A stretch of 64,000 nt of DNA from Octopus vulgaris (GCA_951406725.2 OX597835.1:40052001-40116000); one strand, 5' to 3'. Shown: positions 1-13,909, counted from the stretch's first letter. The notes: generated by a model not told the origin, from the letters alone. Made by a program: numbers and translations.

Positions 1-61
1 AATATGATGTCGAAACCACAACGAATACTTGAACGAGTGCTGATGAAGGGAGTATCATATA

Positions 62-269
62 CAGGGTGGCCCAAAAGTAGGTTTACAGTTATTCAACTAT
101 CTCTTTCGCATTCATATATTAACAGTTTAGATCTTAATTATAATAGAAATATGAAACCATTATTCTATGCTAATTTAGTTAATTGTCAGATAGAAATTTA
201 AATGTAATAAAATGTTTTAAAAGAAATTTAAAGTGCCTACGGGATAACTGTAAACCAACTTTTACCCTG
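62..269. mobile_element. Tc1/mariner-type MITE
   Basis: Imperfect TIRs CAGGGT..AAAAGTAGGTTTACAGTTAT / ATAACTGTAAACCAACTTTTACCCTG, with TA on both sides. Confidence 0.7.
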
Positions 270-302
270 TATATGTATATATTTTATATTTTATTGTATT
301 TT

Positions 303-790
<488 letters not shown>

Positions 791-1000
791 TATATATATA
801 TACTTTTTATCTTTTACTACCGATATTAAGTTATTAGACTGTGTACGAATAGGTACCGGTACTTATATTTTTTGTCAGGCCTAGTACTTATTTCATCGTT
901 TTTCTTTTGCCGGAACGCTAAGTTATGATAAGCAAACTAACACCGGTGGTGGGAGATAAACGCAGACACAAGGACACACACACATACACATGTTCGCGCG

Positions 1001-1089
<89 letters not shown>

Positions 1090-2558
1090 CAGTTGCGGCA
1101 AAAATGTTCAGAACGGCATCGTTTTCGTCAGAAAAGTAGGTACAATTTTTTATCTAAGTTGTTTTATATTCTATAATTTTCACAGACAATAAATACGATA
1201 TTAATTGTTATTTTCTGAGATTTTGGTGTAAATTTTGGAGGATAATACAAAAGTTATGGATGATTTAGTGATTTACTGCAAAACCCATGCCGGCCAAAAT
1301 GATCAGAACGGTTGAAAAAATAACAAAATAATAAAAAATGACAGAGAATACTGGAATTATTTAATATTTAGCGTGAAGCCCTTTAGCTTCAATCACTCTT
1401 TGACATCTTCGACTGCATGAGGAAACTAAATTTTCAATTTCTTGCTGGGTGATCTTATTCAATTTTCTTCCTGATGGGCATTCCATAATTGCTCAGTTGT
1501 TTTAGGATTTCTGGCTTTCGAACGTTCTCCTAGAATATTCCACACATTTTCAATAGGATTGAGATCTGGGCTTTGAGCAGGCCAATCCATAACAATAACC
1601 TTTTCAGCCTTGAGGAAGTTCATGACCACTTTAGCCTTGTGACATGGGGCATTGTCTTGCATGAATATGGGTGGTCGCTTAGTTGAATTTCTCAGCACAG
1701 GCAAGACATGATCTTTTACAAGTTGTTTATAAACTCCTGCATTTTACTTTCCATGTAATCGCACCAGAGGGCCCACACCATCTCCAGATATCATCCCCCA
1801 AACCATGACACTTCCTCCACCGAATTTAACACTAGTCTTAAGGCATTTAGTCGACAATTTTTCATCTACTTTTCGACGAACGTACCTTTTCCCATCTGAG
1901 CCAAATAACATAAACTTAGATTCATCACTGAAATGCACCGTTTGCCATTTTTCTTCAGACCACAACACATGTTCGGTTGCAAAAGTAAGACGACACTTTT
2001 TATTCTTGGAGCTGATCAGTGGCTTCACTGCAGGTGCTCTTGCTTGTAGGTCATGTTCAACTAAACGACGAGACACAGTTTTTCGAGATAAAGTTTTCTT
2101 CAGTACAATGCTCATTTCCCGAGAAACAGCAGCAGTTTTAAATCTGTCCTTTTTAACCAACTTTACCATAGCACGATCTTCTCTCTTGGTCGTTTTTCTT
2201 GGCCTACCTGTAGACTTTCTTGCTTCACACGAACCACAATCATCGTAGACCTTAAGAATACCATGAACAACACTTTTTGACTTGTTAACAATCTTTGCAA
2301 TAGCGCTGGTTCAATATACTAAAACACGGAGTAAACGCAACCGTTCTGATCATTTTGGCCGCCATGGGTTTTGCAGTAAATCACTAAATCATCCATGACT
2401 TTTGTATTATCCTCTCAAATTACACCAAAATCTCAGACAATAACAAATAATATCATATTTATTGTCTGTGAAAATTATAGAATATAAAACAAATTTGATA
2501 AAAAATTATACCTACTTTTCTGACGAAAACAATGCCGTTCTGAACATTTTGGCCGCAA

Positions 2559-2561
<3 letters not shown>
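1090..2561 (-). mobile_element. Tc1-family DNA transposon of IR/DR type (about 225-bp TIRs), defective
   Basis: TIRs 1090-1314 and 2338-2561 begin CAGTTGCGGC. Each has outer and inner direct repeats (CGGC(A/C)AAAATG(T/A)TCAGAACGG). Inserted in (TA)n. Confidence 0.93.
1361..2308 (-). pseudogene. Tc1 DD34E transposase pseudogene
   Basis: GRPRKTT linker, HFSDESKF, FMQDNAPCH, SPDLNPIEN (34-aa D-E spacing). In-frame TAA at 1744-1746, frameshift near 1460, N-terminal start missing. Confidence 0.92.
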
Positions 2562-2616
<55 letters not shown>

Positions 2617-2841
2617 ACTTATAATTATCCGTTTCTTTCAGTTTCCGTCTAACAAATCCTCTCAGAAGGCGTCGGTTAGCCCGAGTCTATAATATAAGAC
2701 ACTTGCCCAAGATTACACGCGATGAGCCCAGAACCAGGTCATAATATCAGTCAAATTTAAAATATAGACGTATAACTCCTACTGAATGTGTTGAGTGGTA
2801 CTTTCTTTCGAACACCAACTGGTACACACACACACACATAC

Positions 2842-2872
<31 letters not shown>

Positions 2873-2897
2873 CATATATACATATATGAAGCCCGTT

Positions 2898-2957
<60 letters not shown>

Positions 2958-2979
2958 ATTATTATTATTATTATTATTT

Positions 2980-3270
2980 TATCTAGTTTCAGCTCACGAG
3001 CTGTGGCCATGCTGGGGCACCGCCATTCGGTGTTGCTACGTGATTTTACTTCACGAATGCTTTTTAGCAATTGCCATTTGGTACATGAGAAAGTTCGATG
3101 CAGCTGCCCTCATCTGCACCTCCTGTCTTGAAGTTGGTTCATCTGGGACACCTGACAGGAAGAGATCCAGTTTTATTTTAAAGACATCTGCATCCACCCC
3201 ACGCAGGTCTCTCAGGTTCTTCGGGAGGATACCGAAGAGCTGTGGGCCTCTGAAGCCCAGGCTATCACAG
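2980..3270 (-). mobile_element. 5'-truncated non-LTR retrotransposon 3' end (CR1/L2-like ORF2 C-terminus plus 3' UTR)
   Basis: Peptide GFRGPQLFGILPKNLRDL...VFKIKLDLFLSGVPDEP, then a 3' UTR hairpin and (AAT)n tail. A 3' UTR-only copy lies at 11846-11900. Confidence 0.7.
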
Positions 3271-3292
3271 TATATATATATATACATATATT

Positions 3293-3940
3293 CAGGTGTT
3301 GGACAAAATAATGGAAACACCTAGCATCATAGCATCATAAATTTGAAATATCTATAAAACCGTCAAAAGCTTGTTTATTTTTATGTTTTTTTTTTATTTA
3401 TTATTACTGTTGCTTAATATGTTTTGCTAAAATTGCTGTTTCTTTGCAGATATCATCACAAAAAGGTATTTAAAATTCATTAAAATGACATATCTATCGT
3501 ACTTTCAAAGAGGTCAAGTTGTTGGTGTTCGTATGGCAGGCGCTAGCGTAATGGAAATAGCCGAAATGTTTGGTGTATCAAGAAGTACTTTATCAAAAGT
3601 AATAACAGCCTTTGAGAAAGAAGGAAACCCCTCATCGTCGAAATAAAACTCCGGAAGAAAACCAAAAGTTTCAGATAGGGACCGTCGGACTCTCACGCGA
3701 GTTGTTAAAAAGGATCACAAAAGTACAGCTCTCAAAATTACTACAAAGCTTAATGTCCACATCAAGAACCCAGTTTCCACAAAAACTGTTCGCCGGAAGC
3801 TGCAGAAAGCCGGATTTCACGGGAGAGCTGCAGTCAGAAAATCACTACTTTCAAATACAAACGCTGCAAAGCGTTTAGAGTGGAGTAAAAACCTACACAA
3901 TTGGTCCCTAGAGCAATGGAAGAATGTTATATTCTCGGAC
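3293..3940 (+). mobile_element. Tc1-family element, left part (TIR plus transposase N-half, truncated at the first catalytic D)
   Basis: Starts CAGGTGTTGGACAAAATAATGGAAACACC. Frame from ATG 3485: MTYLSYFQRGQVVG...SK*NSGRKPKVSDRDRR...WSLEQWKNVIFSD. Confidence 0.85.
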
Positions 3941-3969
3941 GTCTGAGTGTTTGTTTTGGAGCGCTTTGC

Positions 3970-4709
<740 letters not shown>

Positions 4710-4778
4710 GGAGTAAGCATATAAATGTGAAACAAGGTGGAAAAAAGAGTACTCAAATACCAGAGGTAGGGTAATATC

Positions 4779-4866
4779 CTTTATTTAAAAGCAGCAGAAA
4801 TATAACAAAAGCTCCGAGTAACAGCTAGTAACAGCTTTTGTTATATTTCTACTGCTTTTAAATAAA

Positions 4867-4867
<1 letters not shown>
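4779..4867. repeat. 35-bp inverted repeat (hairpin) between (TA)n tracts
   Basis: Arms 4779-4813 and 4833-4867, one mismatch, 19-bp spacer. Confidence 0.85.
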
Positions 4868-4930
<63 letters not shown>

Positions 4931-5013
4931 GAAATTTACAGAAAAACAAGACAAAGATAGGTGTATAAACACAAGCAGATGTATTAGTTTAACACTCGGG
5001 AAGGTGAGAAAGT

Positions 5014-5049
5014 CTTTTACGTTTCGAGCCTACGCTCTTCAACTGAAAG
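5014..5049 (-). ncRNA. Degenerate minimal type I hammerhead-like motif inside a ~190-bp repeat (4928-5120)
   Basis: Minus strand CTTT-CAGTTGA-A-GAGC(GTAG)GCTC-GAAA-CG-TA-AAAG. Stems I and II pair; the core deviates from CUGANGA. Confidence 0.55.
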
Positions 5050-5118
5050 GAACATGAGGAAATAAACAGAGAGAGAATAAAAAAGACTTTTGGAGTTAGC
5101 GGTCAATCATGACGACTG

Positions 5119-5188
<70 letters not shown>

Positions 5189-5479
5189 GCACACACTCAC
5201 ACACGACGGGCTTCCGCACCGTATTCGTCTACTAATTCCTAAATTCAGTCCCACTGCATCGGTCGGCCTAGTGCTATAGCGGAAGATACTTGTCCGACAC
5301 GCCCCGCTGTGGGACTGAACCTGGAACCAAGTGGTTGGGAAGTGAGCATCTTAACTACAGTAGCAGCAATTATTATGCTGGTGTCTCTTGGTACTATACT
5401 GGTCGCGGTGTCTGCAGTGAAGATGGTAGCGATGCCGCGGCTGCTGCTGCTGACGACGACGACGACGACGACGAGGACA

Positions 5480-5512
<33 letters not shown>

Positions 5513-5696
5513 ATGATGATGATGATGATGATGATGATGACGGCGGCGACAACGGCGATGTTGATCGTGGTGGTAGTGGTGGTAGTGGTGGTAGTTTTGG
5601 TGGTGGCGTGGTATCGATATGTGGAGCTGTAGGGACGTGGTGATTGCGGTGACGACGATGTGTTCGGTGATTGAGTGAACGTGACTCTATGTGTGT

Positions 5697-5738
<42 letters not shown>

Positions 5739-6231
5739 GTGTGTGTGTGAAGGGCGAGGGAGAAGTCGGGGGTTGGTATAGATCTATTTTCATTAAGAGC
5801 AAATAGAGCGTACTGACGATTAGCAAAACACTGATACAAGGTGGTGGTGGTGGTGGTGGTGGTGGTGGTGGTGGTGGTGGTGGTGGTCATAGTAAGGGTG
5901 ATGGGTGCTGGTTGGGGTGGCGAGAAACAGAGGGGTAAGAGAGAGAGAGAGAGAGAGAGAGACAACGATAGGCACATAGCTACAGCAACAGAAAAAGGAC
6001 AATGTGTGACTTTCTATGTATGTGGCTGCGTATGCAAGTGTGTCTGCATGTACTTGTTTCTGTGTGTGTGTGTGTGTGTATACATATATATACATATATG
6101 TGTGTGCATGTGTGTACATAGATATACGTAGGCATATAGGTAGATATGCATGTATATGTGTGTCTGTGTGTGTGTGTGTGTTCACGCATGCTAACATACG
6201 AATTTATTAGCTAGATTCGCGCGTACACACG

Positions 6232-6271
<40 letters not shown>

Positions 6272-7212
6272 TACGTCCACATACACAGGAAAGGAGGAGA
6301 CGAGAGCAGGAAGTCTCTAAACCAAATCCTTTAAGTATGATGAATCTTTAGTGTCAGATACTAATTACCTCCCTTGATTGTTTGTCTAACGTTACTTCTC
6401 ACTCCATCTCATTTCCCCTCTATTAATCTTCGCCCCTTCCTTCTCTAACTCTCTATCTAACTTCCACCCACCTCACTCGCTGTATATATATCGTTACTTT
6501 CTTTCTCTTTCTCCGTTTTCTCTACATTTCTATTCGTTGCTATTTTTGCTCATTCTCTCTCTCTCTCTTTCTTTCTATCTCTCTTATCAGTTCTACCTTC
6601 TCTCTCAATCTTTTCTCCCTCTCTTTGTCCCTCTCTTCCTCCCTGTCTCTTTTCTCTCTCCCTCTTTTTCTTTCTGCCTCCATCAAGTTTTCTTCTGTTA
6701 CTCTCTCTCTCTCCCTCTCTCCCTTTCTTTCTCTCTCTCTCTCTTTCTCTTTATCTCCATCTCCCTCCCTATCAATAGACCTATCTATAATAAAGCAACT
6801 CCCACCACGACACTATCTCCTCCTACACCCCCACCTACCCTAAACCAAAAGACTGTTTTCGCTCTTTTGTTTTAATATTGTCTTAAGCGGTTTCTTCTCC
6901 ACACCCCGTCTCTCTTTGCCCGTCTCCTTCCCTCTTTCTCTCTCACTCGCGCACACGCGAACACACACACTTTTCTAAACCGTACAACACTTCACCACAA
7001 TGCACACTAAACGACTCTCAGTGTGTGTATGTGTGTGTGTGTATGTGTATGTGTGTGTATGTGTGTGTGCTAGTCGAGTGTATGTATGCATATCTAGAGA
7101 GAGAGCGAGAGAGAGAGAAAGAGAAAGGCAGTGAGATACAGTTAGAGAGAGACAGAGACTTTCATACATTCATACATGTATGCACACATAGACACCAACT
7201 GATATATGTATG

Positions 7213-7274
<62 letters not shown>

Positions 7275-8539
7275 GACAGAGAAAGAAGAAGAGAGACAGA
7301 GACACAGTTTTTGAGAGAGAGAGAGAGAGAGAGAGAGAGGGAAAGAGAAAGACTTCTTTTTGTTTTCGCATACGTCCATAGAGCTACACATAGTCGGCCA
7401 GTGTGATTGGTCTAGAAATTAGAAGTGTTAATTTGTAGAGAATTAAATGTTCGCAGTGGTTCGGGGTGGGGTGGGGTGGTGCGTAAGTGATGTAGTGCGG
7501 GGTGTAGTGCGATGAGGTCTGGTGGTTAATGGTCGACCGTAATGACATTAATAGTAACAATGACAGCAGCAGCAGCAGCAGTACAAGTAGTAGTAGTAGT
7601 AGTAGAAGTAGTAGTAGCTGTTGTTGTTGTTGTAGCAATAGCAGCCGCAGCAGCAATAGTAGTGTTAGTTATAGTAGTGATGGTGGTGGTGGTGGTGGTG
7701 GTGGTGGTGGTAGTGGTAGTAGTAGTAGTAGTAGTAGGTGGTAGTAGTAGTAGTAGTAGTTACAGCAGCAACACTAACACCAACAAGAGCAGCAACTACA
7801 CGAACATTAAGGTACGTGTCTGACCTGTTGAAAATAGCAGCAAAATCTCCCTCAAATCATGAACTACCGTTTAAAGATGAAGGAGACGTAGGAGAGATAT
7901 GTAGAGTTTGATGTGTAAAATACAGACGGAATGGTCATGAATGGAAATTCTTTGACCATAATGCTGTTCGATGAGGGTTCACTATTAACAACAGCAACAT
8001 GGTGGCGAGCTGGAAGAATCAATAGCATGCCGGACAAAATGTTTAGCGGCGTTTCTTCCGTCTTCATGTTCGGAGTTCAAATCCTGCCGAGTTCGAGTTT
8101 ACGTTTCATCCTTCCGGGGTCGATAAAATAAGAACCAGTGCAGTGGGGATAAATTTAATCGATTTACTCCTTGTCGCGAAATTGCTGGCCGTGTGCCAAA
8201 ATTTGAAACCAATATTAACAACAACAACAATGGTACCAACGATGAAACCTCAACGCTGTTGAGTGACCTGTTAGATGTAGCTATTAAACCCCGCTAATAG
8301 GACAGCTTTCCGTTCAGAACCAAAAGAAAAGCAGAGGAACGACCTTGTAATATATGCATCAGGGAATTTTGTCAGGGAACAGGTCGCGGTTTCAAACCGA
8401 CGAAAATATTTTGACAAATTGAATTTAAATTTTGAAGTGAATCTTCGGCGGCAGCAGCAGCAGCAACAGCAACAACAACAACAACAACAGTAATAATAAT
8501 AATAATAATAATAATAATGTTGATGATGATGATGATAAT

Positions 8540-9290
8540 CCTTTCTACAATAGGCACGAAACCTGAAATTTTGTGGGAGGCGGGGATTAGTCGATTAAAT
8601 CGACCCCTGTGTTTCACCGGTGCTTAATTTATCGACCGCGAAAGGACCAAAGGCAAGGTCGACCTCGGCGGAATTTGAACTCAGAACGTAGCGGCAGACG
8701 AAATACCGCTACGGAGACCTGACATTGTTATTTCTTTTTTTTTTTATTGCCCACAAGGGGTTAAACATAGAGGGAACAAACAAGGACAGACAAACGGATT
8801 AAGTCGATTACATCGACCCCAGTGCGTAACTGGTACTTAATTTATCAACCCCGAAAGGATGAAAGGCAAAGTCGACCTCGGCGGAATTTGAACTCAGAAC
8901 GTAGCGGCAGACGAAATACCTATTTCTTTACTACCCACAAGGGGCTAAGCACAGAGAGGACAAACAAGGACAGACAAAGGGATTAAGTCGATTACATCGA
9001 CCCCAGTGCGTAACTGGTACTTAATTTATCGACCCCCGAAAGGATGAAAGGCAAAGTCGACCTCGGCGGAATTTGAACTCAGAACGTAGCGGCAGACGAA
9101 ATACCTATTTCTTTACTACCCACAAGGAGCTAAAGACAGAGACGACAAACGAGGACAGACAAACGGATTAAGTCGATTACATCGACCCCAGTGCGTAACT
9201 GGTACTTAATTTATCGACCCCGAAAGGATGAAAGGCAAAGTCGACCTCGGCGGAATTTGAACTCAGAACGTAGCGGCAGACGAAATAGCG
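8540..9290 (-). mobile_element. SINE family B, head-to-tail tandem array (about 185-bp units)
   Basis: Repeated unit ...GTCGACCTCGGCGGAATTTGAACTCAGAACG... with B-box GAGTTCAAATTCC on the minus strand. Confidence 0.85.
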
Positions 9291-9688
9291 CTACGGAGAC
9301 CTGACATTGTTGATAAAATGACGAAGGAAACCAAGATCATAGACATTGCCATACCCGAGGATGTAGGAGTGGATGATGAAGAACTAGAAAAGAATGAGAA
9401 GTACAAGCCATCGGAGGATGAGATTGCACGAATGTGGGCAATGAAGGGGGTCCTGGAAGAATTAACAGCCGGGTTTGGGAAATTTGTGAGAGGAACTGGG
9501 ATTGACATGAGGGTAGAACATGCTTAGGAGACTGCTTTATTTGGGACAACGAGGATTTTGTGATTGGTGTTTGGATGTTAAAAATATCGTGGAAAGAAAC
9601 TCTGTGAGGCCCTTGATAAGGGGTTGCTGTCCGTTCTCACAGAATTAGCCGGAACAAGTGAAATCGAGAGCTGAGGGAACGTAAATGA
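9290..9688 (+). mobile_element. Non-LTR retrotransposon 3' fragment with restriction-like endonuclease (R4/Dong-like)
   Basis: RRPDIVDKMTKETKIIDIAIP...EKNEKY...EIARMW (RPD..D..K.KY REL motif), ending in (AAT)n. Confidence 0.75.
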
Positions 9689-9714
9689 CAATAATAATAA
9701 TAATAATAATAATA

Positions 9715-9775
<61 letters not shown>

Positions 9776-9842
9776 CGACGACGACGACGATGATGATGAT
9801 AATAACAATAATAATAATAATAATAATAACAACAACAACAAC

Positions 9843-10210
9843 AAGAGCACCCAGAGAGCGCAAACTTCCGCCAAGGGAACACCAATGTCCTCTCGGCGAT
9901 TAGCCAGAGATGATTTTTAAAATGAGAATATCTGAAATAATCTTGACTGCTCTCACAAACGAGAATACTAAAAGTGAACCCGATCGCTCTCAAAAATTAA
10001 GTAACAAAAAAAAGACAGGAATAATAATCCAGAATCCTTGTCCGGTACCGGATCGATCTTATATTCTAATCAGTTCGTGCTAGGCTCGAGGCCAAACATC
10101 CCTGAAAGTTTTATCCGAATCCATCCAGTGATTCTTGAGATATCTTGTCCATGGACAAACAAACAAACAAACGCGACTGAAAACAATACCTCCGTCTCCG
10201 ATAAGGAAGA
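9843..10210 (-). mobile_element. Non-autonomous Helentron/DINE-1-like (HINE) element
   Basis: Minus strand ..CGGAGGTATTGTTTTC, (GTTT)n core, 3' GGCGGAAGTTTGCGCTCTCTGGGTGCTCTT terminal hairpin region. Confidence 0.5.
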
Positions 10211-10267
10211 CGTAATAATGATGATGATGATAATAATAATAATATTAATAATAATAATAATAATAAC

Positions 10268-10819
10268 GACCACATCTCACTCCTCTGGAACTTCCCCATT
10301 CAAACTGACAGAAAGATAGATGCAAATAAGCCAGACATCATATTGAAAGACTTCAGACAAAGAACATGCCTCCTCATTGATATGACTGTCCCAATCGATA
10401 TAAACGTATCTGTCAAGACCTACCAAAAACTGAGCAAATATAAAAATCTTGAAATAGAAATCAGCAAAATGTGGAATATGAAGACTAAAACAATACCTGT
10501 AGTCATAGGTGCTCTGGGAATGATAGCAAAAGGGGCTGATTGCTACCTAACTCAGATACCAGGAAACCCCAAAAATGGCAGAAATTCAAAAGATAGTGCT
10601 CATGGGAACTGCTCATATCCTTCGCAAAATACTTTCTATGTAATCTCAAGGTTTAAAACATATTTTTTTTAGACATCTACTAGTACAACACCAAAAAAAA
10701 CAACCAAATATATGGCACACTAGGCATAACAACAACGTGAACTTCCAACCTGTTGTCTCTTGAGGTCTCTGAGGTGAGACTTGGAGCCAACTTGTACCAA
10801 TATATAGCAAAAGTCAAAC

Positions 10820-10822
<3 letters not shown>
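10268..10822 (+). mobile_element. R4/Dong-like non-LTR 3' fragment (REL endonuclease) inserted in (TAA)n
   Basis: IQTDRKIDANKPDIILKD...CLLIDMTVP...QKLSKYKNLEIEISKMW...TIPVVIGALG; (TAA)n on both sides. Confidence 0.82.
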
Positions 10823-10901
<79 letters not shown>

Positions 10902-11624
10902 TCTTTCTACTACAGGTGCAAGACATGAAACTGGGGGAGGTGGCCAGTCGATTAGATCGTCTCCACTACGAAACTGGTACTTAGTTTATCGATCCCGAAA
11001 GGATGAAAGACAAAGTCAACCACGGTGGAATTTGAACTCAGAAAGGATCATCCTTAACATCATCAACTCCAGCGTTGCCTGAAGATCCTCTTTACAACCA
11101 GAAACCGCCTTATCCAACAAGTGAAGAGAACTTAATTGATTGAAAAGGGGGAACGACCAACACCGCAAGACCGCCAACTGCACCAACAGCACCACCACTA
11201 ACTATCACCACCGACATCTTCCTCAGTACCACAACAACCGCTACTACCACCGTTATCACTACTGCACCCTCAACCGCGATCCATCAAATTGTGTAAGGAG
11301 AAGAGTTCCTCACCATTAATTTTTTTCCCCTACCCGCCGCCGCCTCATCAACCACAAATACCCGCATCCATGATACACCAGGGTTGAAGAGATGTCTTGC
11401 TTGTATTGTTCGTATTCTTACTGTTGTTGCCATGGCTGTTGTTGTTGGTGGTGGTGGTGGGTGATAGTTGCGTCCTCTTAATTTCTTCCGCGGATGACAG
11501 GAAGTGATTTGCCGAAAAACAGGATTAAAATGGCGGCTCTCTTTTATATCATTCACCACTGGAGAATGTAAACGTATGCGTGTGTACGTGTGTCTATATG
11601 TGTTTCTGTCCGTGTATCTCTCTC

Positions 11625-11685
<61 letters not shown>

Positions 11686-11745
11686 ACACACACACACACA
11701 CACACATATCTATATCAGGAATCTTGCAAAACAAGAATATAAACA

Positions 11746-11782
<37 letters not shown>

Positions 11783-13909
11783 GTGTGTGTGTGTGTATGA
11801 TGTTATACATATTCACACATACATATATGATATATATATATAGATGAATGGCGGTGCCCCAGCATGGCCACGGCTCGTGAGCTGAAACTAGATAAAATAT
11901 AAAATATATAAAATATAATAGACATATACGTATATACTGCTATATGTACGTGTGTACATACCTTTGTGTGTTTGTATGTGTAAGCGAGGTTATACGGCTA
12001 TACACACACATATATATAGACAGATATAGATAGATAGATACATACATACATACACACACATGCAAATATACAGTTCTATATGTACGTGTGTTTATGTGCG
12101 TGAGCGTGTGTAATTGTATCTTGGGAGGGTCATATTGTCAATACACTCACTGTTCTATTTCATTTCGTTTTATTACTATTATTAATCAACTAGCTAACTA
12201 ATTCGCCAATTAAGTAATTAACTCTCGGATTGCTTCACTAATCCTTTGATCAGATCGCATACAATTTGGATACAGCGTAACATACGTACGATGACGAGGG
12301 CATATCATTGAAGCAGTCGCAAATAACGAGGAAACGAGAAGAAATCGATAAATGATCAAACGATCAGTCAAGCCAGCCATCAGTTAAGTGGCTAATTAGT
12401 TAACTAGTTGATTAATAACAACATTAATAATAACAACAATAATGTGGGGCATGAGAGTGAAAACAGTACCGCAATTGGAGTATTATGCTTGATTTTAAAA
12501 ATATGGAAAGGAAAGTAAAAGCCATACCAGGGCTCACAACATGATACTCTGCCTAGAAAACAGCTCTGCTTGAAATAGCCCTCATGTTGCATAAGACGAT
12601 GTCAATTTAATAGATTAGCTCAAATAGAGCAATCTTTACATACAACACACATCCTATATAATAAGCATTTAATCTCTATATATATAAACGGCAAAATGTC
12701 TGGGTGCGTGTCCTTTATACAAATCCACAATTTTTCAGCTAGAGCGCTCGTACTTTCTATGGTTATTCAAAACCAACCAAGAGTGATCGTGCACATCTTT
12801 ACATTTCTCCAGTCACCTGCAGTAGACCAACAGGAGGAGTCTACATTCTACCAATCCCACAAAAATTAGAACAGGGAGATGCAACGGTTGATATAGTATG
12901 AAACTCGCATGAAATTTCCGAAAAAATCATAATTCTTTCTAATACAAACACATCGCCTGAAATTTTATAAAGGAAGGAGGCTAGTCGACTATACCAAAGC
13001 TAGTCATCAACTGGTTCTTCATTTAATAAACTCAAAAACATGAAAGGCAAATTCGACCTCAACAGCATCAGAATTTAGAACGTATAGACGGGCGGAATAC
13101 TGCTAAGCATTTTGGCTGATGTGCAACTGGATAATAATAATCTAATAATTATTCTGCTTGTCATTTTGTTACTTAGCCCGTTGGCAACGCTTTCATGGGA
13201 TTAGAGAAAAGGGGGAGAAAGAAAAAAAGAGGGAGAGAGAAGCGTCCATGATGTGAAGCATAGAGAATGCAATTGTAGCGTTTTCACGCGATTAGTTGAA
13301 GGGAAGGAGAGGAGAAAGAAAAAGGAGAGAGAAAAAGAGGATAAAGCGAAGAGTGAGACAGAAAGAGGGAGAAAGAAAGAGAGAAAGAAAGCAACACGGA
13401 GATAGAGAAAAAGGGAGAGAGAAGCGTCCATTACGTGAGGTAGGGGGAACGTAGCATTTACTACGTGTAATTGAAGGCAGTAATAATATAGAAGAGGAAA
13501 GTGAAAAATATAATTTTAGCAGAGCGGTGATGTTCTGATGGTGAGATTAAAGAAAGACAGAGAGAGAGGAAAGACAGAGATGGTGGTGGTGGTGGTGGTG
13601 GTGGTGGTGGTGGTGGTGGTGGTGGTGGTGGTGGTGGTGGTGGTGGTGGTGGTGGTGGTGGTGGTGGTGGTGGTGGTGGCGGCAGCGGTGGTGGTGGCGG
13701 CAGCGGTGGTGGTGGCGGCAGCGGTGGCAGTGGCGATGTTGCTGATTGGACAGTGAAAAGTGTATTTCTTTTTTAATTGAACAAAGGTTTTTATATCACC
13801 TATCACTTAACGCATGCGCATAAGTGCAATTCAATGAAATATTCAGGCTTATTTACGTGGCAGCTATATGCAATTTAACAAAAGGTTGTATCATATTCTT
13901 TCTTTTATT

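Noticed and set aside
5245-7823. Poly-Asp/Gly/Ser/Val/His ORFs
   Set aside because: Trinucleotide microsatellites ((GAT)n, (GGT)n, (AGT)n) adjoining a SINE fragment; no recognisable domain.
12671-12830. Helitron-like 5' end (TCTCTATATATATAAACGGC..)
   Set aside because: No matching 3' hairpin or CTAG end was identified; too weak to list as a feature.
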